This document shows positions 35,531-45,368 of a stretch of 64,000 nucleotides of DNA, piece by piece. The DNA lies in the NCBI GenBank assembly GCA_937997635.1, contig CALLFA010000053.1:25181-89180 (forward strand). Reading direction: 5' to 3'. Numbering within the stretch: position 1 is the first letter of the stretch; the number at the start of each line of letters is the position of its first letter. The notes under the pieces are model-generated. The model was not told the DNA's origin. It was given only the letters and a program-made list of their open reading frames with translations, and searched no databases. The position numbers and the translations under genes are program-made. Source of the stretch: an uncultured Saprospiraceae bacterium. GTDB lineage: Bacteria > Bacteroidota > Bacteroidia > Chitinophagales > Saprospiraceae.

Positions 35531-36862
35531 TTAAAGTACTTGAGATGTGTTTTGCCCTAGCTCATTTTCATTCTTACTTCTAAGCAACAATGTACACACA
35601 GCCGCAATAATCAATAAAACGCCAGCAAATGAAATCGCATTCCGAGGGTCATTACCCAAAAAGTTTTTCAGGATATAGCCAAAGGTCAAGGTCTGAATGA
35701 TCATTGGAATGACAATCATCATATTGATGATACCCATATAAACACCATAGCGCTCTTTCGGAATATCTTTAATCACCATCAAATATGGAATCCCCATCAT
35801 ACTCGCCCATCCAATCCCAAAACCAGCAATTGCAAAGAACAAGACATGTTTATTTGCAATGTGCGGAAACCATAAAAAGCCAATTGCAGCCAGCACCAAA
35901 CAAATGGCATGTACGTATTTAGGATTGTATTTTTTGGCAAATCCTACGAGTAAAAAAGCAACTAAAAATGTGACAATATTATACCAGCCATTAACTAGTC
36001 CTGACCAACTTACCGCCTCACTGTAGGCAGCTTCATTGCTGGATGGCGTTGCATTCCAAACAGAAAGAGCAATACTTTTAGATGAGTTTTGCCAATAGCA
36101 AAATAAGGCATACCATTGGAACAAGTAGATTAGTGCTAGCTGCCACATGACACTAGGCATATCTTTTATGGCAGCAAAAATCTCAATAAGGGGATCAAAC
36201 ACACTTCGCTTTTCATTTCGCAATACGAGTAATTCTTCTTCAGTAGGTGGCATCTCTTCTGTCTTACTCATACTCCATAAAATAGATGCAATAGAACAAA
36301 AGGCACCCAAGAAAAAAGAAGCATATACCCATGTGGGTAACGAACCAGTTTTACCAACTATAATTAATGGAAAAATGAAGAGAGATAAATTGGATAAGGT
36401 TTGGCCTAGGCCAGTAAAAAAGCTTTGCATCTGAAAACCTAAAGGTTGCTGCTCTTCTACCAACTGGTCCGCAATCAATGCTCGGTATGGTTCCATCGCA
36501 GTATTATTACCAGCATCTAGTATCCATAACAATCCAGCCGCCATCCATAAAGAACTACTAAACGGAAACGCCAATAGTGTCAAACTACACAGTATCGCAC
36601 CAATTAAAAAATAAGGTTTTCGTCGTCCAAGTTTGGGGCTCCACGTTTTGTCACTCATCGCACCAACTATTGGTTGAACAATAAGTCCCGTTACTGGTCC
36701 CGCTAGGTGCAATATTGGTATCTGGTCTGGCGAAGCACCTAAGAAATCGTAAATCGGTGTAACTGCACTTTGTTGTAGCCCAAAACTATACTGAATGCCA
36801 AAAAATCCAACATTCATATGAAGTATCTGCCAGAAACTTAATTTGGGTTTATTCAATTGCAT
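35531..36862 (-). CDS. SLC45/GPH-like MFS sugar:cation symporter
   Basis: It has 12 predicted TM helices, and the motif QPIVGAMSDKTWSPKLGRRKPYFLIGA is typical of sucrose/SLC45-type carriers. Confidence 0.8.
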   Translation of the reverse strand: MQLNKPKLSFWQILHMNVGFFGIQYSFGLQQSAVTPIYDFLGASPDQIPILHLAGPVTGLIVQPIVGAMSDKTWSPKLGRRKPYFLIGAILCSLTLLAFPFSSSLWMAAGLLWILDAGNNTAMEPYRALIADQLVEEQQPLGFQMQSFFTGLGQTLSNLSLFIFPLIIVGKTGSLPTWVYASFFLGAFCSIASILWSMSKTEEMPPTEEELLVLRNEKRSVFDPLIEIFAAIKDMPSVMWQLALIYLFQWYALFCYWQNSSKSIALSVWNATPSSNEAAYSEAVSWSGLVNGWYNIVTFLVAFLLVGFAKKYNPKYVHAICLVLAAIGFLWFPHIANKHVLFFAIAGFGIGWASMMGIPYLMVIKDIPKERYGVYMGIINMMIVIPMIIQTLTFGYILKNFLGNDPRNAISFAGVLLIIAAVCTLLLRSKNENELGQNTSQVL

Positions 36863-36971
36863 TATCAGATTTAAAGATGAGGTATGTTATATAAATATAC
36901 AGTGTTGATATATTCATTCCTCGGAAAATTTGCATGGACGAACGTCGTTTTCATTCGACTATATTTAGACA

Positions 36972-37370
36972 CTATTCTTCTTCAGCAGATGGCTCCAATA
37001 ATTTTCTATCATTCAAAAAGTGGTACCATCGAAACATCTTCTTCATGTCTCTCAGGTATACGCGATTCTCATCGTAATCAGGAATGATGTTTTTGAAAGC
37101 AGCCTTTAATTCATCATCACTTTTATCTGGAGTTGGAATTTTATCTGGAGCAATTTTCAACATTTTTTCAAATACCTCTCTTAGTGGAATGGTATCTTCT
37201 GTGGTATATATCGCTATCGATTCTAAAGGCGTAAACTGATACTTTCTTGAAGAACAAAAACGCCCTTTACCACTATCTATATCTTCTACGATCAAACCAT
37301 TTGATCTGTTGCCAATCATTTTGAAAAGGCCTGGCAAACCTGAAACCGAAAGTATTTTTGTTAAGTCCAT
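36972..37370 (-). CDS. DUF5606-like protein
   Basis: 132 aa. The N-terminus MDLTKILSVSGLPGLFKMIGNRSNGLIVEDIDSGK matches my recollection of the Bacteroidota DUF5606 family. Confidence 0.55.
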   Translation of the reverse strand: MDLTKILSVSGLPGLFKMIGNRSNGLIVEDIDSGKGRFCSSRKYQFTPLESIAIYTTEDTIPLREVFEKMLKIAPDKIPTPDKSDDELKAAFKNIIPDYDENRVYLRDMKKMFRWYHFLNDRKLLEPSAEEE

Positions 37371-37416
37371 GAGTGCAAAAATACATTTCTATATGCAATT
37401 GACGTATCTTTCGCGC

Positions 37417-38130
37417 ATGTCAATGAGACTTAATAAATACATTGCTCATTGCGGCATTTGTTCGCGCCGCAAAGCAGTTGATCTAGTCAAGGGAGGTCGA
37501 GTCACCGTAAATGGTAAAGTGGAGACCAATCCAGCCTACGAAGTAGACCCCAAAGACAAAGTCAAATTCGATAATAAGACGGTCAAAGTAGAGAAGGAAA
37601 AGGTGTATATCTTGATGAATAAGCCTAAAAACACCTTGACGACAGTGTCTGATGATCGAGGAAGGCGAACCGTTTTAGACATCGTTTCCAAGAGAGTGAC
37701 CCAGCGAGTGTATCCTGTTGGTCGCTTAGATAGAAATACAACAGGGTTACTTTTATTGACCAATGATGGCGATTTGGCAAAGAAATTATCTCATCCTTCT
37801 CACGGGGTCAAAAAAATCTATCACGCTACTTTAGACCGCAATTTACTTCCTTCCGATTTAGACAAAATAGCGAGAGGCATAGAATTAGACGATGGTCTAG
37901 CTGAGGTTGATCATGTCGGCTACATAGATGGCGAATCCAAGAATCAAGTGATGCTAGAACTCCACTCTGGCAGAAATAGAATCATCAGACGGATTTTTGA
38001 GCATCTGGATTATACCGTGTCAAAACTTGATCGTATTTATATGGGAGGCTTGACCAAGAAGGATATACCGAGGGGATGGTTTCGGGAGTTAACGCCGAAG
38101 GAATTGATTATGTTGAAGCATTTTGTGTAG
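37417..38130 (+). CDS. rluB: Pseudouridine synthase, RsuA/RluB family, with an S4 domain
   Basis: I chose the start MSMRLNKYIAHCGICSRRKAVDLVKGGRVTVNG (S4 domain). The catalytic loop is YPVGRLDRNTTGLLLLTNDG. Confidence 0.9.
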   Translation: MSMRLNKYIAHCGICSRRKAVDLVKGGRVTVNGKVETNPAYEVDPKDKVKFDNKTVKVEKEKVYILMNKPKNTLTTVSDDRGRRTVLDIVSKRVTQRVYPVGRLDRNTTGLLLLTNDGDLAKKLSHPSHGVKKIYHATLDRNLLPSDLDKIARGIELDDGLAEVDHVGYIDGESKNQVMLELHSGRNRIIRRIFEHLDYTVSKLDRIYMGGLTKKDIPRGWFRELTPKELIMLKHFV

Positions 38131-38133
38131 GGA

Positions 38134-38346
38134 TTAAGTTGAAGTTATTTTGAGTTGAGATTGAGATGATTCGTACGTTATTAGGTTTTTATTTTTCAAT
38201 AACCACCTCGTCCAGCTGATGGCGTCCACCCTTCCAAAGAGGGGAATTTTCATACTCCAATGGGCATGACCCATCGCTTCCTTTGCAGATGTTTTAATGA
38301 TTGCTTGCAGACCCTCTTGTTCTTTATCATTCCTTAGTTTTTTCAT
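38134..38346 (-). pseudogene. Chimeric ORF whose 5' part is a diverged copy of the pth 3' end
   Basis: RNDKEQEGLQAIIKTSAKEA matches the Pth C-terminus WNEKEREGLPAIIKNSAEA at about 13 of 18 residues. At the DNA level, 38275-38333 aligns with 39560-39615. The rest of the ORF runs into a repeat element. Confidence 0.55.
38241..38286. repeat. ~45-nt repeat containing a palindrome, copy 1
   Basis: ggggaattttcatactccaatgggcatgacccatcgcttcctttgc matches 39438-39482. Confidence 0.8.
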
Positions 38347-39186
38347 TTAAAACTTGCCGTTCCTATTCTTCCAATACTTTTTTGGTGGTATAGTACTTAT
38401 AACATCCCAATGTTCTGCAACAATACCATTCTCCAGTCTGAACAAATCGAAATAAGCTATAGTATCATTTTCAAAATAACCCTCATTCATTGTTAGTACG
38501 AAATTGCCTTCTCCAATTACTTTATGAATTTTTGTAAAGCCTACATTTATATTTTCACGTTTATACTTATACAGCAGATTCTTAATGCTATGCAATCCAT
38601 CAGCAACATTTGAATTATGTTGGATGTAGATGTCCCCATTAAAGTATTTATCAACTTTATCTATTTTTTTCTGTATCAATAGCGTGGTTAGAAATTCAAC
38701 GATTATTTCTTTATTTCGTTTAGTAAATTCCTTGTCCATTATTCTAATTGGTCCGTCAATTTGTGACCTTCCACTTGAATTTGTTGGATTAATTTTTTCT
38801 GCATTCTCCCAATGCTCGACGATAAGGCCCTCAGCAAAGCGAAAGACATCATATACTATTTCAGGTTTTCGTGAATTATAAACTGACTGCACAAATACAT
38901 AATCATTGTCTTCAATGACTCTGACAATTTCAATACTTAGTCCCTGTTTAATTTTATTCTCTAGGTGTTTGACAAATGCCTCTTTACCATCAACTATAGT
39001 TAAATTATGATGCTTAAATGATGTGGAATGGAGTAACGAAAATGCGTTACTTGATAGACCATTCAATCCTTCTACAAACTTTATTGCTAATTCTCTATTA
39101 CTGTAGGCCTTGCTTTCAACCTCCTGGCAATAACATGCTAGATTTAATAAAGTAAGAAAACTAATGAATACTAATAACTGCCTCAT
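38347..39186 (-). CDS. Secreted tandem SnoaL-like / NTF2-fold protein
   Basis: It has a signal peptide and two NTF2-like halves, each ending in an xVEHWE / VAEHWD motif (LIVEHWENAEK, IVAEHWDVIS). Confidence 0.65.
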   Translation of the reverse strand: MRQLLVFISFLTLLNLACYCQEVESKAYSNRELAIKFVEGLNGLSSNAFSLLHSTSFKHHNLTIVDGKEAFVKHLENKIKQGLSIEIVRVIEDNDYVFVQSVYNSRKPEIVYDVFRFAEGLIVEHWENAEKINPTNSSGRSQIDGPIRIMDKEFTKRNKEIIVEFLTTLLIQKKIDKVDKYFNGDIYIQHNSNVADGLHSIKNLLYKYKRENINVGFTKIHKVIGEGNFVLTMNEGYFENDTIAYFDLFRLENGIVAEHWDVISTIPPKKYWKNRNGKF

Positions 39187-39274
39187 AGTACTTTCTTTGC
39201 TACAAAATTATCTATAGTGTTGTTAATAGGAACTATCAAAAAAAGCGGCATTACTATACTTATCGGAAAGTACC

Positions 39275-39313
39275 AATGGTATTGTTGAAATTGATCATGT
39301 CGGCTATATTTAA
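39275..39313 (+). pseudogene. Short relic resembling an internal segment of rluB
   Basis: aatggtattgttgaaattgatcatgtcggctatatttaa matches rluB 37891-37926 at 28 of 36 nt, including a 16-nt exact run (ttgatcatgtcggcta). The translations are NGIVEIDHVGYI* and DGLAEVDHVGYI. Confidence 0.4.
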
Positions 39314-39437
39314 TTAATAAGCTTGTCAATTACGAGGATGTAAATTCTCCTCCATTGGAGGAGTGGTCCCACTGTAGAGTGGGAGCGAGGTGGTTTTTTA
39401 TTCAGGCCATTCAGGTGATAAATGGTAAGTTTATAAA

Positions 39438-39482
39438 GGGAATTTTATACTCCAATGGGTCATGACCCATTGCTTCATTTGC
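39438..39482. repeat. ~45-nt repeat containing a perfect 16-nt palindrome, copy 2
   Basis: The sequence is gggaattttatactccaatgggtcatgacccattgcttcatttgc, and atgggtcatgacccat is a perfect palindrome. It lies 20 nt downstream of the pth stop on the minus strand. Confidence 0.8.
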
Positions 39483-39502
39483 ATCTTAATTAAAAAAGCA
39501 TA

Positions 39503-40063
39503 TCATTTATTAAACTGATTCATGGTATGACCAATCCCTATTGTCGCATAACTTTTCACCGCTTCCGCAGAATTTTTGATGATCGCTGGTAATCCTTCTC
39601 TCTCTTTTTCATTCCATTTACCCAAAACAAAATCGACTTGTTGTCCTTTGTGAAAGTCATTGCCTATACCAACACGCAACCTTGAATACCCTGATGTGCC
39701 CAAGACTTGTGTAATGTCTTTTAATCCATTGTGCCCACCATCGCTGCCTTTACCTTTCAATCGAAGTTGGCCAAATTTTAAATTCATGTCATCTACGATC
39801 ACCAATAAGTTTGCTGGTAGAATCTTCTTTTTCTGTCCCCAGTAGTTAACTGCTTTTCCACTGCGGTTCATATAAGTGGATGGTTTGAGCAAGACGAGCG
39901 TCCGACCCTTATGTTTTATTTCAGCGATATCTCCAAGCGTATCATTTTTGAATGTTGTCTTTCCCCATTCTGCTAAATAATCGACGACGTCAAAACCAAC
40001 ATTGTGTCTGGTGTTGTCGTATTCTCTTCCCATATTGCCCAAACCTACAATCAAGTACTTCAT
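39503..40063 (-). CDS. pth: Peptidyl-tRNA hydrolase
   Basis: I chose the start MKYLIVGLGNMGREYDNTRHNVGF. This is the canonical Pth N-terminus with the catalytic His. The upstream in-frame ATG at 40117 would sit almost on the predicted transcription start site. Confidence 0.9.
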   Translation of the reverse strand: MKYLIVGLGNMGREYDNTRHNVGFDVVDYLAEWGKTTFKNDTLGDIAEIKHKGRTLVLLKPSTYMNRSGKAVNYWGQKKKILPANLLVIVDDMNLKFGQLRLKGKGSDGGHNGLKDITQVLGTSGYSRLRVGIGNDFHKGQQVDFVLGKWNEKEREGLPAIIKNSAEAVKSYATIGIGHTMNQFNK

Positions 40064-40124
40064 AGGATCTTCTTTCTCTTCTTCTTTTTTAAATAATGAT
40101 GTTATCCACTTCAACATACATAAA

Positions 40125-40132
40125 CAAAGGTA
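40125..40132 (-). promoter_or_regulatory. Bacteroidota -7 promoter motif TAnnTTTG for pth
   Basis: The minus strand reads tacctttg, about 60 nt upstream of the ATG at 40063. Confidence 0.3.
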
Positions 40133-40200
40133 GAGTTCCTTTTGCGGAATGAAAACAAATGTAGATTAGTAATTTAACATGAAGTGTTCTTGTGAAACTG

Positions 40201-43200
40201 CTAATTGTTTAAACGGTACAATTGAGCTTTGTCATCGTTCATGCCAACGAGAAGAAATTCGTCATTGATGATGATCATGTCACTGACCGAGCCTTTGATT
40301 AACAAGCCTGATTTTTTCTGCGACACTGTTTGAAATCCGTCCGGTTTATTTAATAAGACAAGACCATAATCGCCGTCCTGTGACCCTAGACTACTTGTAT
40401 AGCTGAAGTTATTGCCTGCAAGAATTAAATCCTTGCGGCCGTCTTTATCAATATCAATTGACAGAAGTGAATTGACAGATGAAAATTGTGCTTCTTTAGC
40501 TAAGGCGTGTCTATCAAAATCTCCATTTCCTTTATTATAAAAAATAGACGATTCATATACCTCACTTGATCCAACAATCGTAAAGGACTCGTCAAAGTCA
40601 GCAGACTGCATTCTTTGATAAAAGTCCGCATAGTTGGTAAAGGATTGCTTGAATACAGGCAATTGTTTGAATAACTCATCTGCACTGTGTAACATCTCAT
40701 CACCTGAGAAAACAACTAGATCATGAGACATTTGCTGCTTCGTATTCACCCTGCGTATGGTTGCTTCTTTGTCAGAAAGAATGTTATTTGTTCCAATATT
40801 ACCAGCGACAAAATCAATAAAGCCATCGTTATTGAAATCGTCTACCACCAAAGATTGCCACATACCTGCGGAACCATGAAGCTCTCTTTTTGCAAACCCT
40901 CCTTTATTGTTGACGAGGATTAGAATTGGTGCCCATTCACGTGCAATGATCAAGTCTTGATCGTCGTCGTTGTCAATATCTGCCCAAATAGCATCTGTAA
41001 CTTGTCCAACAAACTCTAAATGCTCATTACCATATGACTTGAACTTATCATCATTAGATTCGGTTTTTCCATTATTGACCAACAATTGTGATCTGCCTCC
41101 AAACTGGTGTATGTTGTTTTTTCTGTGAAGGGGATCAAACTGATTTGTATGGTTTTTTCCAAATCGAGAACCTATGAATACGTCTACATCATTATCATTA
41201 TCGAAATCTGCTGTAGCAATTGTGCTTGGGTTTTCAGAGTATGGGATGAGATCTTGGTAAAACTCAAAGCCGTTTTCATTATCATAAATGCGCAAAATTG
41301 CTTTACCATGTTGAGAACTGCATATGAGCATTTCTTCATCTCCATCTAAGTCCATGTCTACTGACGACGCAACTGATTCTTCAATTGGGGTTTGATTTGA
41401 CCACACATCTTGATACCATGAAACGAATGTGCCATTAGTTTGGGACTGCAATGCAGTACTTGGATACCCTCTACTATTTCCAAAATAAACATCATCCAAA
41501 CCATCATTATTGAAATCACCTATCGCAAGCGGAGGCCCATGTCTTCGAAACTCCTGAAATTCCAGTTGGTTGCTTGATTCTTTAAAGTTGTTGTGGTGCC
41601 GCAAGGATAAACGTACTGTATCCAATTCAAAAAATGGGGTCACATCTTCATTTAAAACTTTAGCGACAGCTTCTTCAGATTGGATAATCGAATGCATTTT
41701 ATTTATAGCCAAATTTTTGAGTATGGTCTGTTTCTTGTTTGGCCAAGTTACTACTGCAGAATCAATCTTCGTAGAATTCTCCAGTCCAAACACCAAAACA
41801 TGGTCAGACTGTGACATCATCCCATTCGCTGGGTTGAGTTCTTTGTAATACGTTTGACCATCAGAAAACAACATAATTTTTGATCCGATTGCAAACGGAT
41901 TCTGTTGTATTCCTTGTAATTTAATTTTTACATAATTGTTTCTACTACTGTTTTCATACAGCTCGGCATAGTCGTTAATGTTTGACGTCACAATATCAAG
42001 GTCTCCGTCTAAATCAAAATCAGCAGTTGCTGCTCCTGTGGAACTTCCTACGGTTGAAAATGATTGTTGTGAAAATTTCAGCCCATCATGTTGAACAAAT
42101 AATCTGTTGGTCGCCAAACCTGATGGCATTTGAGCAGCTAATTCAAGATCTGGAGCTGAAACCTGAATTTGCTCATTGGCAATAAAATTCAAATAGTCTA
42201 AATCATTTGGCCGACGCAAAATCCCATTGCTGACAAAGACATCTTTCTTGCCATCATTTGTAAAATCTTCAATGATGGTCGACCAACTCCAATCTGTTTT
42301 ATCTATTCCCGAAAACTCACTAATCTCACTGTAATACGGAACACCATCTTGAATCACCCTTCCCAATTGCAGTTGGTTATGTGGCAGCTGATAATGATAA
42401 CCAATTTGTTGTTTAAAATTGTAAATGCTCGTTGGGTCGTGACTGACTGTCGTCTTCAAAATTGAAGCATCATCAGGCTTCATATCTAATGTAACTATAT
42501 CAGGAATACCATTATCATCAACATCTGCAATATCGACTCCCATTGAAAATTGGCTGGTGTGATAAGTGCTTTGTTTCATGGTCTCTATAAAGGTCTTATC
42601 TCCTTGATTTAAATAAATGTAATCGTGCTCATGAAAATCATTGGCAATATAGATGTCTGGATACCCATCATTATTTAAATCAGAAATCGCAATGCCTAAC
42701 CCATAGCCTATTCTACTAGCATAGATATTTGATGATACAGTCACATTCACAAAATATCCATCTTTGTTTTCATAAAATCGATCTCCTTTTTCAGCATCCA
42801 ATTCATGACGCAAATCAGATTTCCCATAATTAGACGTTTGATGAACAGAGTGATTCAGCAAGTACATGTCTAAGTCACCATCTAAATCGTAATCGAAAAA
42901 AGCGGCGTGTGTAGAAAAACCAGAATAGGAGAGACCATATTTTTCTGTTTCTTCGACAAATGAAGGAAATCCCTTATCATCAATCCCCTGATTAATCAAC
43001 AGTCTATTGTGTCCTTTAAACGATTTGTAATTACCAACTTGGCATATAAATATATCTAATAAACCATCAGCATTAATATCGACGAAAGAAATACCAGTAC
43101 CCCACCCCATTATTGAATCAAATCCAAGCTCAGTAGAAGCGTTTGTAAACGATAAAGTACTGTCTGCATTATTGATATATAAAGCTGGACTACTTTGATT

Positions 43201-43449
43201 TGAATTAAAGATAAGATCTGGATAACCGTCATTATTCACATCGCCAGCAGCGACGCCAGCTCCATTATAGCAATAGAGGTATTGTATGATGTTTATGGAG
43301 TCGCTTTCAACCAGATCATTTCTAAAATCAATGCCAGTCTGATGGTGGTCAAGTTCATTGAATAGTTGTTCGACTGAGGTTAACTCATCCTGATCACAAG
43401 AGCTACAGACGACAACCACAAGTATGAGAATTGTACAGATGTTTTTCAT
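40201..43449 (-). CDS. FG-GAP/VCBS repeat plus ASPIC-UnbV (CRTAC1-like) lipoprotein, paralog 3
   Basis: 1082 aa with a lipobox (VVVCSSC). It has repeated NNDGYPDI / DxDxDGDxD calcium-type FG-GAP motifs and a central UnbV/ASPIC-like segment (NNYVKIKLQGIQQNPFAIGSKI). Confidence 0.8.
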   Translation of the reverse strand: MKNICTILILVVVVCSSCDQDELTSVEQLFNELDHHQTGIDFRNDLVESDSINIIQYLYCYNGAGVAAGDVNNDGYPDLIFNSNQSSPALYINNADSTLSFTNASTELGFDSIMGWGTGISFVDINADGLLDIFICQVGNYKSFKGHNRLLINQGIDDKGFPSFVEETEKYGLSYSGFSTHAAFFDYDLDGDLDMYLLNHSVHQTSNYGKSDLRHELDAEKGDRFYENKDGYFVNVTVSSNIYASRIGYGLGIAISDLNNDGYPDIYIANDFHEHDYIYLNQGDKTFIETMKQSTYHTSQFSMGVDIADVDDNGIPDIVTLDMKPDDASILKTTVSHDPTSIYNFKQQIGYHYQLPHNQLQLGRVIQDGVPYYSEISEFSGIDKTDWSWSTIIEDFTNDGKKDVFVSNGILRRPNDLDYLNFIANEQIQVSAPDLELAAQMPSGLATNRLFVQHDGLKFSQQSFSTVGSSTGAATADFDLDGDLDIVTSNINDYAELYENSSRNNYVKIKLQGIQQNPFAIGSKIMLFSDGQTYYKELNPANGMMSQSDHVLVFGLENSTKIDSAVVTWPNKKQTILKNLAINKMHSIIQSEEAVAKVLNEDVTPFFELDTVRLSLRHHNNFKESSNQLEFQEFRRHGPPLAIGDFNNDGLDDVYFGNSRGYPSTALQSQTNGTFVSWYQDVWSNQTPIEESVASSVDMDLDGDEEMLICSSQHGKAILRIYDNENGFEFYQDLIPYSENPSTIATADFDNDNDVDVFIGSRFGKNHTNQFDPLHRKNNIHQFGGRSQLLVNNGKTESNDDKFKSYGNEHLEFVGQVTDAIWADIDNDDDQDLIIAREWAPILILVNNKGGFAKRELHGSAGMWQSLVVDDFNNDGFIDFVAGNIGTNNILSDKEATIRRVNTKQQMSHDLVVFSGDEMLHSADELFKQLPVFKQSFTNYADFYQRMQSADFDESFTIVGSSEVYESSIFYNKGNGDFDRHALAKEAQFSSVNSLLSIDIDKDGRKDLILAGNNFSYTSSLGSQDGDYGLVLLNKPDGFQTVSQKKSGLLIKGSVSDMIIINDEFLLVGMNDDKAQLYRLNN

Positions 43450-45368
43450 TCTTCGCTAGCTATCACTGCTACTTGGCCAGAAATGCTTGTTGTATTGCCA
43501 TCAACAAACCGCAACACTGCGTGCCACACATAGCTTGTCTCTTGTACAACTTGACCATTGTAAGTCCCATTCCAGCCAATGGTATCATCATTAATTGGAT
43601 AATCAGTTTCTTCGTATACCAAGCCACCCCATCTGTCAAAAATCCTAAAGGACTCTACTTGACCTCCTACAGATGAAGAAATAAATAAGACATCGTTGAT
43701 GTTATCTCCATTTGGACTAAATGCATTTGGTACGTAAATATTTTTCTGTACATCAACTTCAACTCTGATATCGTCCATCAATTCACAACCATTGACATCA
43801 ACAATCTGTACAGAAAATGTGGAGCTTTCCAGTGGCCTCACCCAGATGCCATCACAATTCTCACAGTCCAGTTCAAGTCCATTTTGAAACCATTGAACTT
43901 GATCAGGAATTCCTCGATTGAGGACAGGCATCAGAAACACAGAGTCTCCCAAGGTCAATAACATATCCTCGCCCAAATCAGCCTGTTTTGCTTCTGGAAA
44001 TGTGTTCACCTCAGCAATACCATCAAATTGAACACACACTCCATTTGCACGTAAAGCATAATCGCCTGGCTGATCAACAATAACCGAATCGGCATTACTC
44101 CCATCAAACCATTCATAGGAAGTCGCCTCTATAGGAGAATAGATGATTGCTTCCGTTCCTTCACAATTGAAGAAAATGCTTTCTGAAAAATCAATGTCAT
44201 TTTCAGATATGACTTCTCCCCCAGTTGGATCAAGTTCATCAGTGGTTGATGGATCATCTGTTAACTGACGATCTTGAAAAGCAAAACGCAAAGACGAATG
44301 AAAGCCGTGACTTTCAAAATCGCCAATAAAATCTGTCGGAGGTTCCACCACCAAGTCTATCGTATTCTCGCCTAATACATACGTAAAGCGATCCATCTTG
44401 AAAATATTAGGCTCCGAAATATCAATTAATGGTTGAATCAAACTATTCTCGACAGTTAGAATTTTAAACCCTGCTGGGAATGTATCTCGGAATTCACTCA
44501 TGATTTGACCGATTCCCAATCGATTATTAAAGGTATAGTGAACTTCAAATGGTTCGCATGGAATAATTTCTTGGGGTGCTACTTCTTTGGTAAAATCAAA
44601 GGTATATGGACAAGAACAACCATCTGCGCTTGTACCTTCTGGCCCTTTTAACAAAAATTCCATTTCACCAGACCCTTTATCAAATTGAAAAAGCCCTCTT
44701 GATGGTGAATAACCAAATAGGATGCCTTCTTGATTAAAAAAAAGTGCGTCTATACTGGGCTCGCCTGTACTGGCAAAATTTATTGATGATACGCTGCCAC
44801 CAATCCCGACTGTTGCCAACTGTGTTTGTAATTGATCAAATGCATATGTCGCTCCTGTAAGCGGATCAGTTGCAAGATCGGTCATGCGCACGGAGTTCTG
44901 ACCAGTTACACCTAAAAATCCAACTCTTTGATTTCCGAGTGATAAGTTTACACTATAAAATCGCGTATCACTTTGAAAATTTTCATCATATCCGAAAAAA
45001 AACAAACCACTACCATTAGCCGAAATGTCACCTGATTGAATATCAAAATCGTTATCCAAATCGGGTGGTTTGCTAATGACACGAATGGTTCCTGCCCCAT
45101 CAATTTGAATTAATTCACGCTCATCGACGTCTAAAGCATAAAGACGTTTGTCTCTGACATTGTATGACAAGGCTGTCAGCCTGCGTCGTTCAGACAAACT
45201 GATTTCTGTAAATTGAAAATCATTCGATTCTTGATCAATCCGATATAAGCGCGAGTTGCCTTCAGATTGATTATAAATCACCAGATAGAAGGCACCATCA
45301 CATTCTACATCCTGTGCTGTCAAAGCTATGGATGACATAATGATTACAGATGCTATCAGCAATCTCAT
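43446..45368 (-). CDS. T9SS type B (gliding-motility CHU_C) sorting-domain protein with an N-terminal propeller-like region
   Basis: It has a signal peptide. The C-terminus is IYVPNAFSPNGDNINDVLFI...FRIFDRWGGLVYE...GWNGTYNG. There are 4-nt overlaps with both neighbouring genes. Confidence 0.8.
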   Translation of the reverse strand: MRLLIASVIIMSSIALTAQDVECDGAFYLVIYNQSEGNSRLYRIDQESNDFQFTEISLSERRRLTALSYNVRDKRLYALDVDERELIQIDGAGTIRVISKPPDLDNDFDIQSGDISANGSGLFFFGYDENFQSDTRFYSVNLSLGNQRVGFLGVTGQNSVRMTDLATDPLTGATYAFDQLQTQLATVGIGGSVSSINFASTGEPSIDALFFNQEGILFGYSPSRGLFQFDKGSGEMEFLLKGPEGTSADGCSCPYTFDFTKEVAPQEIIPCEPFEVHYTFNNRLGIGQIMSEFRDTFPAGFKILTVENSLIQPLIDISEPNIFKMDRFTYVLGENTIDLVVEPPTDFIGDFESHGFHSSLRFAFQDRQLTDDPSTTDELDPTGGEVISENDIDFSESIFFNCEGTEAIIYSPIEATSYEWFDGSNADSVIVDQPGDYALRANGVCVQFDGIAEVNTFPEAKQADLGEDMLLTLGDSVFLMPVLNRGIPDQVQWFQNGLELDCENCDGIWVRPLESSTFSVQIVDVNGCELMDDIRVEVDVQKNIYVPNAFSPNGDNINDVLFISSSVGGQVESFRIFDRWGGLVYEETDYPINDDTIGWNGTYNGQVVQETSYVWHAVLRFVDGNTTSISGQVAVIASEE

